DNA of 63,927 nucleotides, counting the filler, from Choristocarpus tenellus KU-1152 (Eukaryota > Protista > Phaeophyceae): NCBI GenBank assembly GCA_964200185.2. It is 13 parts of 13 records of this genome, joined end to end, with 100 filler letters (N's around TTAATTAATTAA, not from the genome) between each part and the next. Parts side by side here need not be neighbours in the genome. Positions count along the whole stretch, not along the records: positions 21,720 to 26,924 come from CAXNAD020011514.1; positions 27,025 to 33,123 come from CAXNAD020008938.1; positions 33,224 to 37,668 come from CAXNAD020014523.1; positions 37,769 to 43,336 come from CAXNAD020010397.1; 9 more parts are not named here. One strand, 5' to 3'. A program made the position numbers and the translations under genes. This document shows, piece by piece, positions 26,842-40,649 of this stretch. The notes under the pieces are model-generated. The model did not search any database. It worked only from the letters and a program-made list of their open reading frames with translations, and was not told the DNA's origin. The first letter of the stretch is position 1. Each line of letters begins with the position of its first letter.

Positions 26842-26924
26842 GGCTCAAAATATCTGGGGGGGGAGGAGGGGGTCTACACCAGGGTGTCCATTCGGGCCCT
26901 GTCCAGGAGAAGAGCACGTACATT
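26842..26924. mobile_element. MITE family B, truncated at contig end (other truncated B ends: 18078-18098, 27025-27044, 33103-33123, 43437-43553, 46861-46942, 50908-51008, 54524-54576, 58481-58499)
   Basis: GGCTCAAAATATCTGGGGGG..GGTCTACACCAGGGTGTCCATT; the same TIR abuts several linkers. Confidence 0.82.
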
Positions 26925-27269
26925 NNNNNNNNNNNNNNNNNNNNNNNNNNNNNNNNNNNNNNNNNNNNTTAATTAATTAANNNNNNNNNNNNNNNNNNNN
27001 NNNNNNNNNNNNNNNNNNNNNNNNCCCCCCAGAAACTTTGAGCTGGCAATATACTCTGTATTTTATATACCATGAAGATATATTCCGAAATACTACTATT
27101 ACTACTATACATCGATTTATGGTCTTCATTCATTCCCTTTGATGTTGGGTGCCACTTTAGCACAACCTACATCAGCTACCACCACTTTTCTGGTATGCCC
27201 ACTCATCCACAGAGCTCTTTGTTCCATCAAGACACTCATACCACTGGTGTTGATTTGTTGCCCTTGTAT

Positions 27270-27845
27270 TCCATCCTCCTTGACCCCAGGCATTTCTGCC
27301 TTCAGTATTCGAATCTTAAGATCAAGTGATGTACCTGAGGTTCTGTCATTAAACACTTGGCCATGCATGTGGAAACAACTCTAGGCTTCGAACCCACAAT
27401 CTCATCTTGACGGTGAAGTCAGCTTCATCACTGACGTTACTTCCAACGTAAATGTAGTTATCGGTCTACTTGTAGCTCTGACCAAAAGTCCACATAATCT
27501 GTTTGATATTGGCAGCATTGTTGGGAGGTTGAAGGCACGTGGTCTTAGACTTGAACTTAGACACGATCTGCCAGAAAGTCCAAGACACCTTATCAATCAC
27601 TGCTATTATCCTAGTCAGTATGGAGCATAGCCCACAGACCCCACTCAAGTGCTTCACAGTCCTTGATGCTCCTCCCTCCTACCTGGTTCTTGGTTGCAGC
27701 TACCTCGAAGACAAAGTCCTTGGAGATGGTCAGAGTTCAACTCCTTAACCCTTATGCTTAGCACAGTAGTCAACTTCCGAATAGGATAGGGGCAGGACCA
27801 CACCCTCAAAGAAGACCTTGCCTGACCTCAAACCATTTTCACTAC
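27270..27845 (-). mobile_element. Decayed RTE-clade LINE reverse transcriptase
   Basis: WFEVRQGLL*GCGPAPILF (from QGLRQGCVLAPLLF), LWAMLHTD (from YADD), GQSYK*TDNYIYVGSNVSDEAD and TSLDLKIRILKAE; multiple stops and frameshifts. Confidence 0.8.
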
Positions 27846-28673
27846 CCCAGCGCTAACATGTCAGGTAGCTAAAGTAACTTCTTTGGTCCAATTTTTCGTC
27901 TGAACGGCTGCACCATCCACGCGCTTAATCCATCCTTTGCATCGTACAGGTACAGCGTTCGGGGCATTTCCTCCTGCGTTGAGCTTTCTCTGGTTGTTCC
28001 CCCGCTTTTAATATGCGGCCCCCCTGCGGTCTTGTTTTTCGTGTTGTGAGTCAACCCATCTCACAACCCAACAATTCTCCGTCCACCTTCGTATGCAATG
28101 TGTACTTCGTCTTCCACATCTTCTTACCTTTGTTGATTTCTTGTAAGTAATACCATAATAGGATTTGTGCGACCACGCAACTACGTGGCAAAGCATATTA
28201 GTTTATCATTAATTGGTAAGATCTATATATATATATATAGAATATAGTAGAGTGGTTTCCACGCATTGTCTTAAAGTATTCTTATGTTGAGGACATTTTA
28301 TATACACATNNNNNNNNNCATATGTATATAGTTTTCATTGGTTTTCCCCTGACACATCTGCAAAATGTCAGAGGGCATAATAATAAACAATAATATAGTA
28401 GTAAATATTATTTCGTGATATGGAGGTAGGATTGTATCTGACACAGCTGGCAATTCATATTATTTTTTTTCACCAAAAGGCAAGGTGTTCAAGTTGTTCA
28501 AAGTGATGGCATCTTTCCCTTCTCCAGCAACCCAGTCTTGACCTTGCAGGTCGCTGTATATCTCGTCCTGATCCCAACTGGTAGTCCATTTTTGTGTGCA
28601 TGGGTCTACATTGAACTTTTTGCTGGGAGTTCAGTGTGCTACGAAGGATCAAGTCAGAGTTATTTAGTACCTG

Positions 28674-30053
28674 ATGGCGGTGTTCATGCCCCACCTGGCG
28701 TTCATTTTGATATTGACCGTCAGTGTAAGGGGAGCTCTGGCCCTGAGAGCGGCACCCTACCGAAATTTGTCCGGTCTAGAGACAGGGCTATGTAGAAGTC
28801 GGCCTGGGGCGTGCGGTGGTAGGTTTTCTAGGGGTGGGCGAGCAGGAGGAACCGTAGACCTAAGGGTGGATGCTGGCGGGGAGGAGGAGAGGCTCCCCTT
28901 CTCACCAAAGCGAGGGAGGTATAGAGACGTATCTTCCAGGAATCTTAGCCGATTAAGGAAGACATGCAATGGGACACGAAGAGCATCTTCGGCGGCTGTG
29001 GGGACTGGCCCACGACGAACCCCGCGCAACAATGTACAGTTACATGGGAAGGGGGGCACCAGGCTCCAGATGGTGCAAGAGGACACCAGCAATAGCAACG
29101 GCTCGGAGTGGGAGGGGAGAAGGGTGAAGGAGGTTGTGGGTGGGGGGCGGAGAAGGTCGCGCGTGAAGTCGCCTATGGAGATCTTACGCAGCGTGAGTCG
29201 TGTGAAATCTCGATTGATTGTATGGGCACGGTTCGTTCTCTGTTAACATTTCACCAAGGTGCAACATGATGTCCTTAGGCTGCTATGAAATTTATTTGAT
29301 ACCCATCGAGTAAGAATCCTTTAGTATGCTGCGAGTTTTGCTTGGTCCAAGTTTGACATGGGCAACCTAAACCTGCCATTGAACCTTTCCTCCTTACCGG
29401 ACAGAAGAAACATGTTAAAAAACATGAATCTGTCACGTTGATGACATCTTTGTGTCAAAAATGCCCCTGGACGATGTCTTCACAAAATCTTTGCTTCCTT
29501 GAACCCCAGAATTTCTAAATTTATGTCCTCCTTGCTGGGGACATCTTGTCACAAAAACTCGCCCCACCTGTTTACATTTGGAAGGGGGTTAGTCTGAGAA
29601 AGGTTGCCATTGTCTTATCTCGTCGGAGTGCTTGAATCCTAAGCTTGCTTTGGGTGAGCAGCTCTGGCATTGCTATGCAACAATGTATGCCACTCTTGTG
29701 CTCCAAGTTGAGTATAGTCAATGCTAAGTATTGCATACCTTTCGTATATCAGACCATAATCCTTGTATGGAACAATGTTAGTTTCTGTACTCCTGAAAAA
29801 TGTTTTCCTGATCTGTATCCCCCACTTCCCTCCCCCTGTTCCCTCCTTCTCAACAATACCGCGACATGAATCAAATTGCTCATACATATATCTGAAGGGT
29901 GTTATTCACTTCCAAAGGCTTACCAGAGAGCAAGAACTAGGCTTGGGGGAAGAGGTACAGGCTTGGCAGAGTCTTGAGCGGATGAGGGAAAGAATGGGGG
30001 GTGCATCGATGAGGCAGGAGGAATGGGCAGCAGCTGCTGGGATCAGTGTTGAT
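28674..30053 (+). CDS. Nucleus-encoded plastid RNA polymerase sigma-70 factor, 5' part (exons 28674-29192, 29898-30053)
   Basis: Hydrophobic signal peptide and Arg/Ser-rich transit-like region, then RLTREQELGLGEEVQ...LERMRE...EEWAAAAGIS, typical of region 1.2 and the following segment of cyanobacterial/plastid sigmas. Regions 2-4 not found in this contig. Confidence 0.72.
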
Positions 30054-31815
30054 GTGAGGTGGTTTTAGGGGATGGGTAGAGAATGTTAGGGTTAGGGTCA
30101 GGGTACTAGGTACTGTTTCTTCTGTCCTCATTCATTGAAGTTAGGCATTTGACAACCATTCCACCTCGTGCTGCTCATATTTCAAAGAATTGAATATATG
30201 CATATGGTAAATGAAGTATTTGCCTGGGAAGAAACATACCCATACAATTTGTATTTATTTAATCTCTCTTCTCTCTACCATGGTTGTCTATGCTGATGTT
30301 TTTTTACAGTAGTGTTACTGAATATCAATCTCAATAGACTTGTAAAAAATGGGAAAAAAACTGGTTGATATTGTCGTAGTGTTTGCTGTCTGAGATAATT
30401 TGACTAAGGGTCCTTAGTAAAACCATACAGGAATATTGGGCAGTTTGAATGTACTGTGTAACATGCTTTTCAGGAATAGACCTCCAGAGTATGTGTACGA
30501 TATGGTGTTAAACCCTTGCCCTTGCTTGCCCCCAGGTCTGTTCTGCCCTTTGTGGGTTTCTTGGGTGTTGAAGTTATAAATGTCCAGTTGGACATCTATG
30601 ATGTGTGTGAACTACTTTCTCATGCTTCTGTGGCATTTCGTTGTTAATGTCAGTGTATTCCCTTCAATATTGCATTGTGGTACCAATGTGTGATAGCCTG
30701 GCCTTGTGAATGGCTTGTTTGCGATTGTCTTGGATTCGCCTGTGATGGTGCTGGGTTGCTTATAATTATAGGTTTACCTCTGTGAGTCACTATTCCGCCT
30801 TTTGTAATCTTTCACAACAGTGCAGCACTCAATTCCTGCAGTCTGTGTCTTCGATTCATTGTCTTTTTCAGGTGCTGTAGGTTGCGCCTTCCGTTTGTTT
30901 ACCTTAAGGCTAGAGCTTCGTAATGAAATAGCTGTGGAGTCTGACGGTGATTCTACGTGTTTGTTCAACGTGTGTGTGCTTTTCTCATGGAAGGAGTTGC
31001 TAAATCGACCTGTTAATTGTGTAAGAGAATACACCTTGCTCGGATTCGACCCGTAATGTCCACTGTCAGGACCACCTGTGGGATTGTTTGATGTGTAACG
31101 TCCATTGCTCAGGAAAACTCTTGCAGTCCTTGCTTGGCCTATTGTGTCTATTGTGTAGGACAGTGTTAGGATTCATTTGCTCTGTAACGGCTGTTGGCTG
31201 GGCTAAGCCTGGTGTCAGGACAATGCACCGTGCTGCATACTGCAAGGGTTTTGTTATCATTTCTAATGTGGAAACAGTATGGGTTCAAGACCCTGTTGAA
31301 TATATGGGCAACCTCCCCCAGTGCCAGCACACTCCTTGCTTGTTGTTAGTTAGTCTAGTCTGTGTCTCTCTTCCTCCCGTAGCTTGCTTGTTGTTAGTCT
31401 CTCCACCACTTTGGTTGTTATCTCTAGTGGCAAAAGGTAGAGAGAGACAGCGAGAGCGCGCTTCCACATTTTTTTTTTCTGACGTTTTTTTTTTCTTTCT
31501 AAAACGTTTTACAAAGTGGATCCTCTGCCGGTGTGATGTGACTCCCTAGGTTTATATCTTTTTTTGTTGTATTGAGTGATCTGTTCTGAAAGCAGCTTGA
31601 TTTATACGTAAATCGAAATCAATCTACCATTGATAGGTATATTTTGTTGCACTCTTTTGCAACGGATTCCAAGCTCTATATTTGAGTTGACAGAACAATG
31701 TGTTTATGGGCATCTGGCATCTAAATGTTGCTGCTGGTATCATAACTGTCAATGACCACAGTTGTAGAAAATACCCTTGCCTGTGAAACAATAGAGTGGG
31801 AGAGGTGGAACAAGC

Positions 31816-31867
<52 letters not shown>

Positions 31868-32215
31868 TGGCAAGGGATATTTGGTAGCGGGGGGGGTGAG
31901 GTAGGACCGGCTGAAAGGCGTGTTGGAGCCAGATGTGCAGGAGATTGTGAAGTTCAGGATGCAGTATGTCCGCGATGAAAACCTCATCTTTAGGTACACT
32001 GCATGGATTAGAATATTATCCGAACGGGGCTTGATGTTTTTGACGTCAGCGAACCTTGGTTTGGCACGGATTGGATGCTGGGATGGATAATCAAGGTGTT
32101 ACTCCTTGGTGCTTGCAGGCCTTCATTGCAAGGTTGCCCATGTGATGTCCATTGCAAAGGCAACGCCTAGAGCCCTTTAGTCTTCGTCTTCGATGTCGGA
32201 TGTCAGCACAAGTGG

Positions 32216-32251
32216 TTAGGGTTAGGGTTAGGGTTAGGGTTAGGGTTAGGG
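32216..32251 (+). repeat. Interstitial telomeric repeat (TTAGGG)6
   Basis: Six perfect TTAGGG units. Confidence 0.95.
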
Positions 32252-32908
32252 TGTCCGTTGCCCAGGAGTATCGAGCACTGTAGTATGTTTGTGTGCACTG
32301 GATTGATGTGGCGGGATTTTCTTTGGAGGGCGCTACAGCTTCCCGTGCACCTCAGGACTTTGCTTGATATTTGGTGTAGTGATGTAATGAAGCGTACTGC
32401 GATGCTGTGTGCACTAGAATCGATCGAGGTTTGGAAGAAAAAAAAAAGACATCAAAAAACATAGAACACACACACACACACACGCACGCACGCACGCACA
32501 CACACACACACATACACACATACACACGTACACACATAACCCCCCAAAAAAGGAAAAGGAAAGTTATATTATGTGAAAAATGATGTTTTAAACGTGTTCG
32601 GGAGAGTGTGTTTGTTTATTTGTTTATTCATAGTATGTGTACATTTATGTACCTATGTGTGCGTGCCGGCCTTGCAGTGTATTGTAGTTGGTTAGCGACT
32701 CCGCCATCGTAACACCTCTATGGTAGTTTTTCCCTTGACCCTTCTTGTTACACCCCCTCCTGCACCCGGCTTAACCCGCTGTGTGAGGTGTTGATGACTT
32801 TATTCCTCTGCTCACGTCGCTGCACTGTTGCAAAGTTTTTTTTTTTTGTAAGTTTGCGGGGGTTTCAAAGTTGTGCGTTAGTTCTTAGAATGAGGGAGTA
32901 GTCTCTCT

Positions 32909-33100
32909 GTGAATAATAATAATAATAATAAGAGTATTAACAATAATAAGAGTATTAACAGTATGAACAGTAACAGTATTAACAGTAATGATGTTAACAA
33001 TAATAAAAGTATCAACAGTAATGATATTAACAATAATAATAATCGCAACAGTAATAACAATAGCAACAATAGTATCAATATCAACAGTAATATCAATGAA
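32909..33100. repeat. Degenerate AAT/AAC/AGT trinucleotide microsatellite
   Basis: Low-complexity trinucleotide run. Confidence 0.85.
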
Positions 33101-33248
33101 AAGGGTCAAAGTATCTGGGGGGGNNNNNNNNNNNNNNNNNNNNNNNNNNNNNNNNNNNNNNNNNNNNTTAATTAATTAANNNNNNNNNNNNNNNNNNNNN
33201 NNNNNNNNNNNNNNNNNNNNNNNCCCCTCCAAATGCAATTTTTCTCAC

Positions 33249-36200
33249 CGGTGGAGGCCCATCAAAACCAAAATAGAGACAAGTGCTTGAACGCCCGGAT
33301 GAAGGACGCCCCCCTCCCTCCAAGACGCTCTCCCCCAGGAGAGCTACAGCAGCAGGGGCCTCTGTTGCCACCACCACTGCTTGAGACGTGACCTGGGAGA
33401 GAGAGAGAGAGAGAAAGAGAGGACCACAAATCAGGAGGGAGTTTCACAGATACATTGTGAACTCCTCCTCAACAATTCAACAATCTAACCTACACTGCTT
33501 AAACTATATTGATGTCACAATAAACGTCGTTGGCTTGAATACTACCTGAAATAAGTATTCCAAAGATATATATACTGTTCAATCAGTAGCACAAAAAGAT
33601 ACCTATCTTTTAAAATAAAAGTATTGTTGCATTGGAATCTGTGAATGTTAATTAATGTATACTACTACATTTAAAAAAAAGGGGAGCAGTACCGCGCAGA
33701 GTACACTTCCACATATACGTTCTATACAGATACTTTGTATACATATAAAGTTGAGATTTGTACCAGGTCCTTTCCCATCTCTCAATTTCAGTGTGCAACA
33801 TACCTCTCGACCATCCTTGAGGATCATAGTCACCCTCGAGTCGCCAGCACGGCCCCTGCCTTTGTCCAACACTCCAGAGCCTGCTACAGAGGCACTCAAA
33901 GGGTCGACCTGATTGGATGCTGCAAGGCTAGCTGACTCTGCAATAGCAACTTCTGGCGCTGCCCCCCCAGGAAGGGTTATGGATGTCACCGCATTGTTCA
34001 GCAGCACACAATCTTTTTTTTTTTTTTTTGTCATACCAAAAGAGAGCAATGTCATTGTCATTATTATTATTATTAATATTGCAGTCAACAAATAGGACAA
34101 AGTCAGTACAGTGTGGGTGCATACAGTAGGACAGGAAAAAGGGAAGGAGAGTGAGACAACTAAGACTGGTGTTGGAAAGGGGGACAAAGGGTGGGGAAGG
34201 GGGAAGGGTGCACAGAGTACACAGAAGGCGTTTTGCACTATCTCATTGCAGCTATAACATATGATGATAGTGAAACAGGGGCGTGGGTGAGGTTAAGGAA
34301 TGCGGTGGGTTGCTGTTTTTGTTCACAAATCAGAGGTTGTCAAGTGAAACCCTATCTTTAACTACGTATGGGGTGTGTGCAATAGTGAAACCTAAACCCA
34401 ACCTTCAGTCATCAGCTTCCTCATTATTAACTATTAGTATATCATTATTAACTATTAGATAAGTTGCCCATTCCCCCCGCGAACATATTCAACAACGTGT
34501 ATGGGGGAGGGGAAAGGGAACCATTAATAGTTCAAGAAATGTTTTGAGAACCGCACTATTGCCCCTCTTACCCTAACCCTATGAGCATTTCCTCAACCTC
34601 TGTTCCCAACAAGTGCATTACACCCCTTGAACGCCTTTGCATACACTGAGAAACTCATCTATCCTTAAACCTCCACCCACCCACACTCGCTTGTTCAAGA
34701 GCGGGTCTCTTCCTTCCAGATGGCATAATCAATTCTTGTTTTACTCTTCCACCCTTCAAAAAAAAGAAATGTCAAGGTGAACATCAAAATCTTAATACTG
34801 TTAGACAAAACTCCTCCCCTTCCCCCCCCCCAAACCTCAATCTTCCTTTCCCCCCTCTCCCCACCTCCAACCCATCTTAACGTCACATCCACACTCCTCA
34901 TGCTCACATACATCACACTGCCTTCCTGCCAACCAAGTACCCACCCTCGGGCAGGTCCATAGCTATCTGGTTTGGCACTGCCCCAATCCCCCTATCTGGC
35001 AGTGAAGCTGCTCCAATTGCAAACATTTTAAAAACGTAACGAAACATACGAGACGATTGCTCCTCCAGTGGTGACAAAAATATGCCCTATCTCCAAGAAC
35101 AACATGAATCAGGTGGAGGGGGGACATGTGGGATTGTGAATGGGAATTGTGAATAGAATTGGACATACATTCAGAGCCCAACTAAGGCAAAATATGATAG
35201 AATACTTCATTGCTCATATTCAAGTGGAAATCAATATCTTGATAACAAGAATGTCATTGAAGTTGCCTATGTTCACTAAAGTCTCCAAAACGACCAAAAC
35301 ATTTCATCACTCCTGTACTGAAAGTTAAATGCCAAAGTTTCCCACAATCACTCACTCTATTACCCCTCCCCCCCCCGACCTGATTCCCAACCTCCAACGC
35401 CTTTCCAAGGTGCAGAAAATGCAGCTGCTCTTTACAAAAAGGGGATATTAATAACAGCAGCATCACACCTGGTAAAAGGGAGTGAAGAATCGTTCTACCA
35501 TGGAAGACCCAAGGCCAAGGTTTTTTCGAAGGAAATCCAAAGTAGGCACCTCCGGAGACTTGAATATTCTCTGCAAGGTGTGTGCACCCGAGGGGGGGGA
35601 ATAGAAGTTGGAGAGGGGGCGGTGATGTGTGGAGTTCAGGTCATTGGGAAGGTGTTGTGTACTCTGAGGTTCTAGCCAAGTACTTGCTATTGTAGTGTTT
35701 TCCAAAAAGAACGTCATGACTCCAGATTGACAAACAAACCTGTTATTCCTCTATTAACACTGTAGACCACACATCACAAGTAACAGCATGCAACCACACA
35801 CACACACACACACACATACAAAAACTTGTCACACAAAACAATACTCTACCACCTGTCTACTCTTCTGCCCCTCGTGTTGTCATAACATTGCTGTGAATGT
35901 TGAGATACAGCTCTTCCACCATAGATAATAATAAAAAGTTCATTACGTGACTGTCCCGTGATTTATGTCAAATAAAATAAAATAAAACATTCACATACCA
36001 CAGTATCACCAGACCAGTGACATCTCCATAGATAACAGCCGCAAGAACAACTCCACCAACGCCTGTCTGCCAAGAGACATGAATGGACAATCTAACCAGG
36101 GACTCCAACAGCACCAATTATTGATCTATTTACTTTATTATTATTTGGATGTGGAGGTGGCATGCAAACCCCGACTTCACCAAGAGCGAGCCGCTGATGG

Positions 36201-37572
36201 ATATGGACAGCTGTCAGACAAAGCACTACAACTTGAGAATGTACCACCTGAAATTTTTAGAGACTTCACTCTGCATATACACACTAACAGTTGCATACTA
36301 ACAGTTGCATCACCTCAGAGCCTGTCGGTTTCAAAACCAAACAAACAACAGCGGCATTTATTTTGTTGAAATTTTGAATACCAACAGACTACATCTTCCT
36401 CCGTACCCAAATTACTCACAAGGAAGGTGGTTGTTCCCTTCCAAGCACACCAAGCAAGGACAACACCACAAAGAATCAGCACAAGACTGTCCACACCCCT
36501 CAAACCAAAAGAAATTGAATAAACAAATCCATGGTATACACATGACCATGGTAGTAGTTTTCTAGCAGGCATAGGCGCACCTCTTCAGACTCAAAGACAG
36601 CCCTCACACGAAGCATTCCAACCTTGATCTTGTCAATCACTTCACCAACGGGTGACTCCAACGCGGCAATCACGTCTCTTTTTTTTTTTTTGTTAATACA
36701 CACGTTTAAAAAAATGAAAAATAAAAAGAAATTTGATTGAAGTAAGTTATATGCAGGACAGGGACATCACACACACTGTGCAAGTGGAAAATAAACAGAA
36801 AAACAAAAAAAAAACATGTCATCACTGTTGCCTTTTCAACGTCTTTTCACGGAATCAATTCAAATATCAATTCAAATATCAATTCAAATATCAGTTCAAA
36901 TATCAACAAGCGTTTACTCTGCTTTCAATGGAAATTCCTGACGTCTCTGTCATATACCAAGGGCACATACTCCTCTTCTTTTATTCTATTACAGCCAGTA
37001 TAATTAAATTTAAATAAAATGCCAATACATATATATATATATATATATATATTCTGCAACTTCTTCCACGAAGAAACTGAAACCCTGCTACAAGATAGAG
37101 GTTGAAATGCGCACAATAGATCAAGGGTTAGGGGTACTATCCTTATTATAGTTCACATTAACGAAGGGGTAACCTTAATCTAGAAAATAAAAATACAAAA
37201 ACCGCTGCTCGAGGAAACACAACATACCATAGAGAAAAAAAGAAGAAAAAATATCAAGCTAACCCTATAACCCTAACCCTAACACCAACCCCCTCAAAAA
37301 CACCTCGTAGAGCAAAGAGATTGAATACATCAGATGTTATGGAATTTTGAACAGCTAAACAACAAAAAATACTTGGGTAGGCGTCTGTAGGTGGAGGGTG
37401 TGCTTGAGGTTACTTTTTTTTCTTCCTTGTCTTACCCCGGCCTTCTTATTGGATCAGATACCAGATGCAGACCTCCATCACACCGAACAAAAGCACCTGG
37501 ATCAAACTCACACAGACCTAGCCTTCGGTAGTTCAGCTGCCTCCGAGGTTCTGGGTATGCCTCGATGAAAAC
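33249..37572 (-). CDS. Flavin-dependent amine oxidase / protoporphyrinogen-oxidase-like oxidoreductase, internal part (exons 37572-37436, 36677-36581, 35570-35469, 35086-34945, 34012-33804, 33392-33249)
   Basis: VFIEAYPE..LNY..L.L..FDPGA.V..VSDPIRRP, FFTPFYQGIFLSPLEEQSSRMFRYVFKMF..G.ASLP..GIGAVP.QIA, VVVATEAPAA..LL and STCLYF; six GT-AG exons in phase. Confidence 0.88.
36855..36906. repeat. 12-bp tandem repeat (TCAATTCAAATA) about 4 copies, intronic
   Basis: Read directly from the sequence. Confidence 0.85.
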
Positions 37573-37614
37573 CTGCTCTTTTCCCAAGACACACCCGCAA
37601 CCCCCCACAACAAA

Positions 37615-37656
<42 letters not shown>

Positions 37657-37768
37657 GAATTCAAATTTNNNNNNNNNNNNNNNNNNNNNNNNNNNNNNNN
37701 NNNNNNNNNNNNTTAATTAATTAANNNNNNNNNNNNNNNNNNNNNNNNNNNNNNNNNNNNNNNNNNNN

Positions 37769-37971
37769 GTTGCGATTTTGATGTGATTTTGGCTATCGTG
37801 TTTGTTAGGAAGTGTCAATATCCTTGTTCCGGCCAACTTTTTCAGAACGTAAAAATTTTACCTACTCCTAAACATTTTGGAGTCGGAAAATGTCATAAAA
37901 AAACCCATGGGAAGCCAAGCCCCAAATGGACAAACAGCGAAAAACTCGTACCCTCTAAGATACTTTCCCTC
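37769..37971. mobile_element. MITE family A, left end lost at linker
   Basis: Ends CTCGTACCCTCTAAGATACTTTCCCTC; central hairpin present. Confidence 0.88.
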
Positions 37972-39322
37972 TATACGCGTGTGATATGTTTATTTATGCT
38001 TCAACAAAATCATCTCATCCGGCCGTCCCTGCGCTGCTGCAGCAGTTACCACGCGTAAATACCTACAGAATTAGAGATCCGCTGCTGGCATACGATTCCT
38101 CTAGGACTCCATCCCCCGTCCCTTGTATCCACCTCCAACACAACTCCCATCCATTTATATACATACGTGCGCTACTACAACACGAACGGCACGAACATAG
38201 ATAAGGACATGGCTCCGAAGCGAGACCTGGTGATGTCCTGGATAGACTACTGGGTGGATACATACGGGCAGTTCATGCCTCACAAGTCCGCAATTGTGAT
38301 CTATGCCGCGAACAAAGAGGTAAGTTTTGCCCTTGGTTGTGGAGAGATTGGCCGCACCCTGTGTTGGAGTTAGTTGCAAACCGTGTGACCCAGCAGTACG
38401 TAGAAGAAGTGGATCGAAGGAGTATTTCGAGTGGTGGGTGTTACTACTTTGACTGGTCTGAGATTATGGTTTTAATAAATATGAAGATTCGTATGAAGCG
38501 CTATTTTTTTCGTTTGCTATGTCGAGACTACATTGATGATGATGATACTCTTCGTCGCTTTTGCGAAGGAAGGCACAATAACTGTTATTTCACCGTTGTG
38601 TACACCTACTCTGCGGCCCTGGGCCCGGTCTGACATTGGTAGGAAAAGTGTGTACTTCATATGTCTAAAGTGCTTCGCGATGATGATGATGATGATGGTA
38701 GATTCGCCTCCTTTACCGTTTCTGCAAACGGCGGCGAGGCCCGAACAGAATGACACTCTTGGCAGATTTACGAAGATCATTGTATTTGACCTTTCGTAAC
38801 GCACAATGTAAGCTTGCTTGATCCTGCCTTCCGTGTTCTCAGTCAAGTTATTGTTCAGCCCGCCTTCGAGAAATCTTGCAGCGGTGTTCTTCGAGTGTTC
38901 CTTCTCAATAACTCCTCACTTGCCCACACAACCAGCATTATTAATTAGGAGCTATACAAGGATTTTTGCAAAGAGGCAATACGGGTGTATCCTGATGACA
39001 CTTCCAAGCGGGTAAGCAAGGCGCACTTCCTCCGATTGCTCAGAGAGGATAGGCCCAACGTCAGGGTGAGGGTAGGAGGCGAATTTATTAAATGTGATAT
39101 ATGTGTCACGTTTAAAGAGAAGTGGCACGGTGCGCCTGGTGTAAAACCCACGAACGACTCCACCGTCCTCGAGTCCATCGACAAGGAGCTGTCAGACCAT
39201 CGAAAGGTAGGTGCCCAGCGTTAATTTTGCGACAAGCGTACAGTGGCAATATGTCGCCGTCATTGCCCTCCATTGGGAACAACATCTGTTACCTTTTGCG
39301 AATGAAGACTCCGATGCAGGTG

Positions 39323-39582
39323 GAGTGAAAGTATCTTAGAGGGTACGAGTTTTGCCCTGTTTGTCCATGTGGGGCTTGACTTCCCTTGGGTATTTTTTAT
39401 TACATTTTCTAACTCTGAAATGTTTTGGAGTAGGTAAAATGTATACATTATGATATGGTGTGTTTAGAACAAGGCTATTGTCACTTCCTAACAAACACAA
39501 TAGCCAAAATTATATCAAAATCGCAACATTGGAATATGGCCCTCAAATGGACGCAGGTCTACCCTCTAAGATACTTTGGCTC
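39323..39582. mobile_element. MITE family A in transposase intron 2
   Basis: GAGTGAAAGTATCTTAGAGGGTA ... TACCCTCTAAGATACTTTGGCTC; perfect 4-bp TSD GGTG. Confidence 0.93.
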
Positions 39583-40649
39583 GGTGCTTATAGCAGCAGC
39601 AGTAGCCTCACTCAGCGAAAAAATGTTTTGTTATTAGTTGCCCAAACACCTAGTATGATAGACTGCTTCCTGGTCGTCTACAACGGGCTGTGGGAGGGAC
39701 AGGTCATGTAGCGGTCTTCCAGCCCCGTACGTACGTACTTGCTACCATCCCAATAATGCTGTGTTTGCTTTGAATGCAGCAAGAAAAAACAAGACCAAAT
39801 ACAAACATTTTTTGTTACATACACTCGATTTGTGTTACTAACCTGATACGTGTTAACAAGTGGCCATTTTTTACGACTCCAAGCAGCAGGTTTATTTGAT
39901 TTACCTCCGTGATGTTGTTCTCCTCCATTCACCAGATTATCCAAGCTAATCGGCTGGTCATCGCCAACAGCGCCAGCAGCGCCATGCGGGCCAAAGCCGA
40001 TGGCAATCCTCTCGGCTTCGTGTTCATGTCCGTAGATGCGGCGAACCAGACATCACACGCCCTCCCAGCACTTTACCCACCTACCCACGGCGGTGACAGG
40101 TAACCACACGCACACATAGTCCATCTGTCAACAAATTGCAGCCGCACACAGAACAGAATAGACGACCCTGTTTTATTCTACGAATGAGTGCATGAACCAC
40201 AAGAAGTAACCGCCAAAACAGACGCACGTAATTCCACTACCTATTCCGTTCATCATGATGATGATGCACCGTAACACCTTTCTTTACACATTTTTTTGGT
40301 CCATGTCCTTCTTATCAGGGGCTACTCCGAGCGCCAGAAGATCATGGCCGCACATATCGAAGGCCAGTTCGCGGAGGTGTTCTTCACTCCTATCAATCTT
40401 GGAGGAGGTACGCATTGTGGGTTGTGGCTCAACAATCACACAACTGAATAGATGCTGGTTGCGCACGCACCACTTGATTTACCGTCGTGGCGAGTGGACC
40501 CGCCGTAGGTTAGATACCCAAGGACGACTACATCCTTACACGATTTGCCTACAGATACCGTAGGCCTGGTAATTAGTCGATTAACTGATGATGCGCTGTG
40601 CTCACCTGCCCTCGTACGCCTCTGCTTCAGAAGGGCAAGAGGAGCGTAA

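Noticed and set aside
32878-33175. Poly-Leu/Ile and poly-Asn ORFs
   Set aside because: Translations of a trinucleotide microsatellite.
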